Shown here one piece after another: positions 27,355 through 36,078 of a stretch of 64,000 nucleotides of DNA (position 1 is the first letter of the stretch; every line of letters begins with the position of its first letter). This DNA is from Candidatus Latescibacterota bacterium (GTDB taxonomy: Bacteria; Latescibacterota; UBA2968; GCA-2709665): NCBI GenBank assembly GCA_965203805.1, contig OZ241917.1:1920001-1984000 (forward strand). The letters are read 5' to 3'. The notes beneath the pieces were generated by a model. The model was given only the letters and a program-made list of their open reading frames with translations, did no database searches and was not told where the DNA came from. The translations under genes were made by a program, and so were the position numbers.

Positions 27355-30345
27355 TTACCATTGGGCTTCGATTGTCCGCACGACCCGAAATCGGGCACCC
27401 GCCTCGAAATCGGTAACGAACCCCTTCGAATAGTCCAGTTCGTCCACCATTCCCCGCACGAAATCCACGTCTCCCACGTCGATCAGCGTTCGACCGCCCA
27501 CCCCGCGGACGTCGTGAATTCGATAGGTCGCATCGCGTTCATTCTCGTTCTCAACGGAAATGAACCCGCCCCGGAGGCCATCCGCGGGCGGCTCCGAGGA
27601 AGTCCAGATCCCGCCCGGTTCGTACGCTTCCACCGTGCCCCGCCATACGCCCTGCGACGCATGGATGGACCGGTCCCGGGTTCCGAGAACACTGCCCCCC
27701 ACCAGCGTACCCCACCGGGCAGTACCGTTCACCTCCGAATATACGCCCAGACTCCCGTCGAAGGTGATGCGGCCGTCCACCTCGATACAGGAAACGCCGT
27801 CGCCGAAAACCAGCGTATCCACCCGACCGCCCGGCAGTCGAACCTTCAGCGACCTCGCCGGACCGGATACCGCAATCTCCTCCACGGAACGGACGACGCG
27901 ATCGCCTTCGTAGGCTTCGACCAGGCTGAGAAACGAGGACTCAAGCCCGTCGCCCCCTTCGTGCGAGGCAACCCCGTACGTCAGTAGCCGCGGGTTTCCG
28001 GGTTTGTTCTGCGGCGGGTCCCCGTGGCACAGCGCTATTTCTCCCGGCGGATCGAACAGACTCCACCGCAGATGCACGTCGGTCATCAGCGGCTTCCCGG
28101 CGGCACGGGAACGAGGTCTCACCATCCAGGTATCCTTCACGCGCCAGTCTACCGAAACGACCCGCTCCGGCGCGGTGCAGCGCCGCACGTCGTACAGATA
28201 TTGAAAGCCGCTTCCTCTGTACCCGTTCAGGTCCACGACGGACCCGTCGTAAAACTCTCCGAATCCGACGTCCTCTCCGGCGTACGTCCCGCGAGTCTGC
28301 GCATCCAGGCGCATCCCCGACGTCTGTACGCCGCCTTCCGCCGCGTGAAACATGAAATGATGGGAACGCCCGCCGGACACACGGAAGAGATCCACGACAT
28401 AGAAGTCCCTGTCCGATATCCGTACCAGAACGCTGCACCTGCCGTAGGCCGGGCACTGCGGATAAACGTCGGTAGAGGATACCGAAATCGCCTTGACGTG
28501 CTCCGCAAATCCCGCGAAGTCGACCTTTCCCGAATAGGTACCTTTCTGCGGACTTCGATCCACCAGTACCGTATTGTGCGAGACCGTATGGTTCGTCCAG
28601 CCCGACCGTTTGGGCCAGACACGCGCGTGCTCGGGATATCCAAGGTCCGGCAGCAGATCCAGCCCGAAGCCATAGAGACCCAGATTGAGGCGGTCCGCGT
28701 GTCCGTGGCCCTTGTTGCGTCCGTAATACAACCACAGCGTCCGTTCGAACGCTCCCTGACCGTCGCGCAGCAAGGCCAGACCGTACCCGGTCAACACGTC
28801 GGAGGTCAGCCGGAGCGGACCGTGTCTGTCCACCGCCTCGGCGACCCGGGTCCGTATCGCCTCCGGATCCGGGTCCGTAATCGCGCCGTGCACCTTCGAC
28901 AGATCACCACCGGCCAGGTGATCGACCGCCTGTGCCAGCTCGGGGTCTCCGAAGATTTCAAATCCGCACAGGCATTGCTCCAGGTCCACGCCACCCAGTC
29001 CCGGGCTTCCCGTACTGCCGCTGTCCCCAATGGACGGGACGTAGCGATTCAACGCCGTTACCCGCATAAATGCCAGGTACATCTGGCGGTAGCGGGCAAA
29101 GTCGCGGATTGCGTGGCGTGTATATGACGGTCGTGACCGGAGGATCGTCTCCAGGGACCGCATTCCCAGTGGCCACCTCAGCCAGCCCAGGCTGTATCCC
29201 GGCGCGCCCTCCGATCCAACGCCATCCCGGTCGATCTCCCGTGCGAAGAGCAGGGGTATGTGACCCCCCGTGGGCTGACGGCCGATCAGAAATCCCTCTT
29301 GAAAGATCCAATCCAACAGGTCATCCGTGCGGTCGTCGTCCAGGGTGACGGCCAGAAGCGCCATGGTCGCCTGATCGCCGGGCTCGTTGTGGTGGATATC
29401 GCCTTTGAGAATGGCGTCGACACCTTCGCGCAGGATGTGGCTTTCGATATGCGCGCACAACGCATCAGCGGTATCCTGTTCGACGAGACCGTGCCGCGAC
29501 TGCTTTGTCCGAAGAAATCGAAACAGCTCGTCTTCGTCTTTCCAGGCCGTACGAGCCAGATCGAAACATTCGGCAAACGCCTTCAGCAGGCCGGGCTCCC
29601 AGATCCTCCCGTAGATGCGACCCCTGCCGCTGAGTCCGTCGGAATTGAAAAACCCCTGCCGCGCCCAGAACGACCAGTCCATTTCGGGGTAAACGTCTGC
29701 GATGCGTGCAAGAAGAACCCCCGACTTGTGGGCGTAAATACCGTCTCCCGTCAGGAGAAACGCTTCGCGTAACGCGCTGCAGGCGGAGCTGACCTCAGTC
29801 CAGATTCCATAGTGAGCGTAGACCCCGATCAGTTTGAACGACTCTCCGGTCTCGTCGGTCCACCCCGTCCCGTCGTCCACCGCGAACATGTGCTTCGCAT
29901 CCCGCGGGTCCGGATGGTCGACATTGAAGAGCAACGTCCTGTCCGCACGTCCGGGGTCGAATACCCCGTTTACCGCGATTCCGCTTCGGTAGAATGCCTC
30001 GAAATCGTTCGCCGGAAAGCGGCCGCTGCAGGAGGGACATCTGATCTTCCATGGATCGGCCAGCACATCGACCTCGAATCGTCCGCCATGCCGATAGATT
30101 CCCTGACCGCATTCCGGACACCCCTTTTCGACGCTCGCATTCGTGCTCCGACCGATCGTCTGGCCCGTCACCATCCCCCAGAGCCGGTCGTCGTTGAGTC
30201 GGACCCATCTCTTCGCCTTCTCAACCGCGGCATCCCGCCGGACGGCCGCCCATTCGTACCGCGTCACGTTTCGCCGGGCGTTTTCAACCTGCTCCGGCGT
30301 CACCAGTTTCCCGCCGCTCCCCAAGCAAACCTCCTTGCTGTGCAT
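27355..30345 (-). CDS. Heparinase II/III-like (polysaccharide lyase-like) protein with CxxC..CxxC insert
   Basis: GHGHADRLNL..LLPDLGYP..HTVSHNTVLVD, DGVGSEGAPGY and YVVDLFRVSGG motifs; CPEC..CPSC. Start is ATG 30345 or TTG 30324 (AAGGAGG RBS). Confidence 0.82.
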   Translation of the reverse strand: MHSKEVCLGSGGKLVTPEQVENARRNVTRYEWAAVRRDAAVEKAKRWVRLNDDRLWGMVTGQTIGRSTNASVEKGCPECGQGIYRHGGRFEVDVLADPWKIRCPSCSGRFPANDFEAFYRSGIAVNGVFDPGRADRTLLFNVDHPDPRDAKHMFAVDDGTGWTDETGESFKLIGVYAHYGIWTEVSSACSALREAFLLTGDGIYAHKSGVLLARIADVYPEMDWSFWARQGFFNSDGLSGRGRIYGRIWEPGLLKAFAECFDLARTAWKDEDELFRFLRTKQSRHGLVEQDTADALCAHIESHILREGVDAILKGDIHHNEPGDQATMALLAVTLDDDRTDDLLDWIFQEGFLIGRQPTGGHIPLLFAREIDRDGVGSEGAPGYSLGWLRWPLGMRSLETILRSRPSYTRHAIRDFARYRQMYLAFMRVTALNRYVPSIGDSGSTGSPGLGGVDLEQCLCGFEIFGDPELAQAVDHLAGGDLSKVHGAITDPDPEAIRTRVAEAVDRHGPLRLTSDVLTGYGLALLRDGQGAFERTLWLYYGRNKGHGHADRLNLGLYGFGLDLLPDLGYPEHARVWPKRSGWTNHTVSHNTVLVDRSPQKGTYSGKVDFAGFAEHVKAISVSSTDVYPQCPAYGRCSVLVRISDRDFYVVDLFRVSGGRSHHFMFHAAEGGVQTSGMRLDAQTRGTYAGEDVGFGEFYDGSVVDLNGYRGSGFQYLYDVRRCTAPERVVSVDWRVKDTWMVRPRSRAAGKPLMTDVHLRWSLFDPPGEIALCHGDPPQNKPGNPRLLTYGVASHEGGDGLESSFLSLVEAYEGDRVVRSVEEIAVSGPARSLKVRLPGGRVDTLVFGDGVSCIEVDGRITFDGSLGVYSEVNGTARWGTLVGGSVLGTRDRSIHASQGVWRGTVEAYEPGGIWTSSEPPADGLRGGFISVENENERDATYRIHDVRGVGGRTLIDVGDVDFVRGMVDELDYSKGFVTDFEAGARFRVVRTIEAQW

Positions 30346-30683
30346 CGGACCGCACCGCTGTGGAGAATGGGTCAAGATACGCGCCACCGGCCCGATGATC
30401 AACGGTTTTGTGACCGCATGTATCCTGACAGCCCATGTCCCTCCTGATAGGGGTTGACTTGCGGTTCCGGCCCAGCTATCATACCGCCCGGCGGCCCCCA
30501 CCAGTCCGTTGGAAAAGTCGCTCTGCAGGCGAGGCCGAGTCATTGTGGCCGAAGACAAGGCGCGCGACCGACGCGAATCCCTGGATTCGGGGAGGGAGCG
30601 CAACGCTGTATTTCGGTCACAAGGGCCGGACGCAGCCCGGATGGACTTTATCAACGGGCTGCTACGCCACGGAGGAGCATTCC

Positions 30684-32087
30684 ATGCCCCGCAACAGCCT
30701 CTTCACGTTCCGCACCCACGGCGGTGTCTGCGCCGGCGAGACCTGGATTTACGATCACGACGAGCCCATCGCGCGTCTCGAAGACAAAGTGATCGAACAG
30801 CCGGAACAGAACCTGCGTTATTTCAACGGTAACGCCAAACCCGTCAATTTGCGGGACCTGAAGCTGGCCCCCGGCGGACGTCCGCTCGTGGGCGGCGTGC
30901 AGATGTTCTGGGTATTCCAGCACCGTGTGCTTGCCACCACGAATCTCATCGATATCCGGGTGGCGGGACAGGAGTCCGACCGCCTCGTCCTCACGGTGAT
31001 CACCGGGGACCCTGGCGGCGTGGCCACCTCGCGCCGTGTGCTCACGTTAACCTACGACGCCGAATTGGCAACGTATATCTACGACTTCCGGGCGCACCTG
31101 GATATCCACAGTCCGGAAGCATTGGACGGTGACGATGACGTCAATTTTGAGTATTGCGACCCCTGGTACAACGACATCCCCGGACCGACCGTCGAATTCC
31201 CGGGGATGTGGCGGAAACGATACTCGCATCTCCTGGCGGAGACCGGAGACGGCTCCATCTGGCAGATGCCGCTCAACCACATGGCGACCGGCATTCCCGG
31301 CCCCCGATCGCTCAAGCCGGACGGCATTCTCGTTCTGGCCGACGATCCGGGAAACAATCCGGCGTTCGAGTTTTCGGGCGACACCGCCGAACGCACGACG
31401 GTGGGTGTGTGCAACTGGGGTTACGACATCCATTTCGCGGGTCACTACACACGCGACGAACTCTACGCGCCTTTGTGTGAGCGCTTTCGCATCCGACTCT
31501 GTCCGGACAGGAACGTGGCGAAGATGATGGCTCGGGCGGAACCCGTTCCCAAAGTCGCGTACAACGGCTTCGAGGAACTTCCCCTTTACGAACGTAAAAC
31601 CAGTTTTTCCAACGGACTGCAACTCAACAGACCCACCACGGGCGACACCGATCCCTGGCCCTGGCTTCCGGAGGGAGAGGGCGCGGAATGGTGCAGGGAT
31701 CACGGGCGCACCGACCTTTTTTCGCTTAAGATCAGCAAACTGACGGACGGACCCAGCGAGTGGGTTATGGACCGTGAAAGCGACGGCGCATGGACCGAAA
31801 GATGGACCCTCTCAACCGGGTTTCGCGTGACGGCGTACATCAAGACCGAACACGTCCGGGGGCGCGGCGCCTTTCTTGCCGTGCGCTGGGGCGTCTTCAA
31901 CGAACCCGAAAAGTATCCCTACATCTGCTCCAGAAAACTCACCGGCACAAATGACTGGACACAGGTCAGCGTAGAGATCCGCGGACCGTCGCCGCCGGAC
32001 AGCGGCGCCGTCTACCTCATCCTTAGGCAGGACGGCAGCGGCACAAGCTGGTTCGACGACCTGGAAGTCGAACGCCTGCACGCCTGA
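30684..32087 (+). CDS. Hypothetical protein with C-terminal carbohydrate-binding-module-like domain
   Basis: GGAGGA RBS; C-terminal AYIKTEHV..LTGTNDWTQVSV..GTSWFDDLEV is typical of CBM4/9-like beta-sandwiches. Confidence 0.7.
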   Translation: MPRNSLFTFRTHGGVCAGETWIYDHDEPIARLEDKVIEQPEQNLRYFNGNAKPVNLRDLKLAPGGRPLVGGVQMFWVFQHRVLATTNLIDIRVAGQESDRLVLTVITGDPGGVATSRRVLTLTYDAELATYIYDFRAHLDIHSPEALDGDDDVNFEYCDPWYNDIPGPTVEFPGMWRKRYSHLLAETGDGSIWQMPLNHMATGIPGPRSLKPDGILVLADDPGNNPAFEFSGDTAERTTVGVCNWGYDIHFAGHYTRDELYAPLCERFRIRLCPDRNVAKMMARAEPVPKVAYNGFEELPLYERKTSFSNGLQLNRPTTGDTDPWPWLPEGEGAEWCRDHGRTDLFSLKISKLTDGPSEWVMDRESDGAWTERWTLSTGFRVTAYIKTEHVRGRGAFLAVRWGVFNEPEKYPYICSRKLTGTNDWTQVSVEIRGPSPPDSGAVYLILRQDGSGTSWFDDLEVERLHA

Positions 32088-32169
32088 ATGCGCCGTCATC
32101 CGACTCGCAATATTGCTTACCGGAGACGGCAACGACCCGCGAATCCCTTGAAGCTCCAGCCAGGGACAA

Positions 32170-33090
32170 ATGATGAACAGACGTCGCGCGCCATCGCCGG
32201 TGGGATTCATCGGCCTGGGGGCAATGGGCGGCGGAATGGCCCGCAATGTAATGAAAGCGGGATTTCCACTTCTTGCCTACGACATCAGAAAAGAGCCACT
32301 GGACCGGATCGCCCGGTGGGGCGCGCAGGTGGCCGATGATTTATCCGGGATGGCGGAGGCTTGCGACCGGATCATCCTGATGCTTCCGGATACCGGGACC
32401 GTCGAATCCGTGCTTTTCGGAGAGTCCGGCCTTCGTACCGGCCTGAGAGCGGGACACATCATCGTCGACTGCAGTACGACCCATCCCGGTTTCACGCGCA
32501 AGACGTCACGATTTCTGGGTGATCTCGGAATCGGTTTTCTGGATTCGCCATGCTCGGGGATGAGCAGCCGCGCGGCGGAAGGGACCCTTACCATTATGGT
32601 GGGTGGCGACATTGGCGCCTTTCACGCCGTCGAACCGCTCCTGAATGCCATGGGTTCGTCCATTCTCTACATGGGGAGGTCCGGAAACGGCCAGCTTGCA
32701 AAAATCGTCAACAACACCCTTTTCAACATCTCCTGCGCGGCACTGGCCGAAGTGCTTCCGCTTGCGGTCAGACTCGGCCTGAACGCGGAGGAGATCTGCA
32801 AAGCTGTGAAGACCGGAAGCGGCCAGAGCTACGGATTCGACACCTTCGCGTCTCTTGTCCTCGAACGAAATTTCGGTCCCGGCTATCCAATGAAAAACGC
32901 GCGAAAAGACATCGACGCCATCACCGAGATCCTTGAAAGAGAGGGTGTGAGGTTACCCGTGGTATCGGCCGCTGCCGATACCTTTCGCGCAGCGCTGGAC
33001 AAGGGAATGGGAAACCTGAACAAGGGAGCAATGACCCGGGTCTGGGAGGAAGCTCTGGATGTTGAAGTCAGGAGAGAAACCCGGAACTGA
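32170..33090 (+). CDS. 3-hydroxyisobutyrate/tartronate semialdehyde reductase family (beta-hydroxyacid dehydrogenase)
   Basis: GFIGLGAMG, DCST, DSPCSG..AAEGTLTIMVGG and AKIVNN motifs. Confidence 0.9.
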   Translation: MMNRRRAPSPVGFIGLGAMGGGMARNVMKAGFPLLAYDIRKEPLDRIARWGAQVADDLSGMAEACDRIILMLPDTGTVESVLFGESGLRTGLRAGHIIVDCSTTHPGFTRKTSRFLGDLGIGFLDSPCSGMSSRAAEGTLTIMVGGDIGAFHAVEPLLNAMGSSILYMGRSGNGQLAKIVNNTLFNISCAALAEVLPLAVRLGLNAEEICKAVKTGSGQSYGFDTFASLVLERNFGPGYPMKNARKDIDAITEILEREGVRLPVVSAAADTFRAALDKGMGNLNKGAMTRVWEEALDVEVRRETRN

Positions 33091-33165
33091 TCTCCGGTTC
33101 GCGCTTATGGACCGACCGACCTTGCGACAATCGTGTCGGCTGCCCGCAATGGGCGCATCTATTCG

Positions 33166-34434
33166 ATGAAGACCAGCACAGACATCCTCATTATTGGCGG
33201 CGGCTCCATCGGCGTCTGCACCGCCCACTATCTGTCGGAAGCGGGAAAGGACGTCGTCCTCGTCGACAAAACCGACATTTGCGCGGGCAGTTCTTACGGC
33301 AACCAGGGACTGATCGTTCCCAGTCACAGCATACCGCTTGCCGCCCCCGGGGTTATCGGGAAAGCGCTCAAGTGGATGTTCGATCCCGGGAGCCCATTCT
33401 ACATAAAGCCACGGCTGGACCCGGATCTCATCGCATGGCTATGGCAGTTTCAAGCCGCCTGTACACCGGCGCGGATGCAAATATCCCTCGCGACCTTGAG
33501 AGATCTCAATCTGGCCAGCGTACGGCTTTTCGCGGAGATCGCCGCCATCGACGGCCTCGAATTCAGCTTCAGGGAAAATGGCGGCCTGATGGTTTACAGG
33601 ACCGAAAAGGGGCTGGAGGGGGGTATCACGGAGGCCGGCATCCTGTCTGAAAAAGGCATCCGGTCGGAAATTCTCGATCCGGACGGACTCCGAAGGCTGG
33701 ACCCCGCGGCAAACTACAATGCCGCCGGCGCCGTGTACTATCCACAGGACGCCCACCTCGTCCCCTCAAGATTCGTTACGGAACTCGCCCGGCACGTTGC
33801 CGAAAATGGCAATCGCGTCAGGATTCATCCTTCGACGGAGGTGATCGGCTTCAGAGGACGAAGCCGCAGGATCCGGACCGTGGTGACCACGCGGGGCGAG
33901 TTCAGCACGAAGGAAGTCGTACTCGCCGGCGGCGCGTGGTCGCCGGCCATCGCCTCTGAACTCGGACTTAAACTGCCGATCCAGGCGGCCAAGGGCTACA
34001 GCGTCACTTTCGAACGACCGGAACGGTGCCCCTCGATTCCGGCCTCGCTCTCAGAAGCCAAGGTTGCCGTCACGCCCATGGGCGACATGCTGCGGTTCGG
34101 CGGCACCCTGGAACTGGCCGGGATGGACATGTCCATCAACAAACGGCGCGTGGCGGCCATCCTCGACGCGGTACCCCGCTATCTGCCCGACCTGAGTCCG
34201 AACAAACTGAAACACATCGAAACATGGCGCGGCCTCCGGCCCTGCACCCCGGACGGCCTGCCTTTTCTGGGACGCAGTCCGACTTACGAAAACCTCACCG
34301 TTGCGGCCGGACACGCCATGATTGGAATCTCGCTGGGACCCATTACCGGCAAGCTCGTCTCGCAGGTGATCACAGGCCGGACGCCCTCCATCGACCTGGA
34401 CCCCCTTCGGGTGGACAGATTCGCCAATTATTAG
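33166..34434 (+). CDS. FAD-dependent D-amino acid dehydrogenase (DadA-like)
   Basis: IIGGGSIG, SSYGNQGLI, AKGYS, WRGLRPCTPDGLP and GHAMIGISLGP motifs. Confidence 0.9.
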   Translation: MKTSTDILIIGGGSIGVCTAHYLSEAGKDVVLVDKTDICAGSSYGNQGLIVPSHSIPLAAPGVIGKALKWMFDPGSPFYIKPRLDPDLIAWLWQFQAACTPARMQISLATLRDLNLASVRLFAEIAAIDGLEFSFRENGGLMVYRTEKGLEGGITEAGILSEKGIRSEILDPDGLRRLDPAANYNAAGAVYYPQDAHLVPSRFVTELARHVAENGNRVRIHPSTEVIGFRGRSRRIRTVVTTRGEFSTKEVVLAGGAWSPAIASELGLKLPIQAAKGYSVTFERPERCPSIPASLSEAKVAVTPMGDMLRFGGTLELAGMDMSINKRRVAAILDAVPRYLPDLSPNKLKHIETWRGLRPCTPDGLPFLGRSPTYENLTVAAGHAMIGISLGPITGKLVSQVITGRTPSIDLDPLRVDRFANY

Positions 34435-34545
34435 ACCTGCGGGGGAGAACAAGGGCAAACAGATGCAAGCGCCTCGCAGCCGGTACGGCACCCGCGCAAT
34501 CGCAGAATCGCCCATCCGAACCGGAAAGCCAACGAAAGGTCGCGC

Positions 34546-36024
34546 ATGCCCGATTTCATCCGTTCCGACAGACCCAATGTACTGCTGATCTGTACCGATC
34601 ACTGGAGCGGGATGCTCACCGGCGAGGCGGGCCATCCCGTCGTCTCCACGCCGACGATCGACAATCTGGCCAGGTGCGGAGTCTCCTACACGAATGCCTA
34701 TTCCGCATGCCCCTCCTGCATACCCGCCCGCCGCTCCCTGTTCACCGGCATGAGCCCGAAGGCAAACGGCATGCGCTCGTTTGTCGACGGCGTTGACTTT
34801 CCCGATGCGCCCACGCTCGCCCAGTGCTTTCGCGACGCGGGATATCAGGCCTACGCCGTGGGGAAACTGCACGTCTATCCTCAGCGCCACCGGATCGGCT
34901 TCGACGACGTCCTCGTGGAGGAGCAGGGGCGGCACATCCATCACGACATTCCGGATGGCATGGCCGACGACTATGAGCTCTTCCTGGCCGAACAGGGGTA
35001 CGGAGGACAGGAGTACGCCAGCGGGATGACGCAGAACGAATACATCGCCCGAACCTGGCACCTGCCCGAATACTGCCATCCGATAAACTGGGCGGCGAGG
35101 GAGATGTGCAAAACCATCCGTCGACGGGATCCGAGAAAGCCCGGATTCTGGTACCTCTCCTTCTCCGCGCCGCATCCGCCCACGACGCCGTTGCAAACCT
35201 ACCTGGATCTCTACCGGGACGTACCTCTGGACGAACCTGCCACGGGCAACTGGTCGGAAAACTTCGATGACCTTCCTTACCATATCAAGACACTCAGCAA
35301 CCCGGACAACCTCGCGATGGCGCGCGCCAAGCCGCACGAATGGGAATTCTCGCGCCGCGCCTATTACGCAACGCTCACCCATATCGATCATCAGATCCGG
35401 GTCGTCATCGGATACCTGCGGGAATGCGGACTCCTGGACAGCACCATCGTCGTCTTCACGAGCGACCACGGCCACATGGTCGGAGAACACGGCCTGTGGT
35501 GTATGACGCCGTTTTACGAAATGTCGGCCAGGATTCCTCTGGTCGTCATGCCCGTGAAGGGAGACGCTCGTCTTCCCGCCGGAACACATGACGGTCGTCT
35601 GGCCGAGTTCGCCGATATCATGCCGACCCTGCTGGACCTGACGGGCGTTCCCATCCCGGACCAGGTCGACCGGCAGAGCCTGGCAGGCGACCGGCGCCGC
35701 GACGAACTCTACGGCGAACATGGAGAAGGTTCCGCGGCGATGCGCATGGTACACGACGGGCGATTCAAACTCATTTACTATCCCGTAGGAAATCAGGCTC
35801 AGCTCTTCGATATCGAAAATGATCCGCGGGAAACGCGGGACCTCGCCGCCGATGCCGGCCACGCCGGCATCCTTGACCGGCTCAGGAATCGTCTGGTCGC
35901 GAACCTCTACGGCGAAGATCTCAACTGGCTCGAGGACGGCGAACTCGTCGGCCTTCCCGCCAGGGAATACGTACCCTCGGCCAAGCGTGCGATGCGCGGC
36001 CAGCGCGGCCTTCGGTATATGTGA
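34546..36024 (+). CDS. Formylglycine-dependent sulfatase
   Basis: RPNVLLICTD, Cys-type signature CIPARRSLFTG, GKLH and TSDHG motifs; no signal peptide. Confidence 0.93.
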   Translation: MPDFIRSDRPNVLLICTDHWSGMLTGEAGHPVVSTPTIDNLARCGVSYTNAYSACPSCIPARRSLFTGMSPKANGMRSFVDGVDFPDAPTLAQCFRDAGYQAYAVGKLHVYPQRHRIGFDDVLVEEQGRHIHHDIPDGMADDYELFLAEQGYGGQEYASGMTQNEYIARTWHLPEYCHPINWAAREMCKTIRRRDPRKPGFWYLSFSAPHPPTTPLQTYLDLYRDVPLDEPATGNWSENFDDLPYHIKTLSNPDNLAMARAKPHEWEFSRRAYYATLTHIDHQIRVVIGYLRECGLLDSTIVVFTSDHGHMVGEHGLWCMTPFYEMSARIPLVVMPVKGDARLPAGTHDGRLAEFADIMPTLLDLTGVPIPDQVDRQSLAGDRRRDELYGEHGEGSAAMRMVHDGRFKLIYYPVGNQAQLFDIENDPRETRDLAADAGHAGILDRLRNRLVANLYGEDLNWLEDGELVGLPAREYVPSAKRAMRGQRGLRYM

Positions 36025-36078
36025 CCGTCATCGCCGCGAGACCCACACAACGCGGTCACCCACCGGAAGGAGCCTTGC

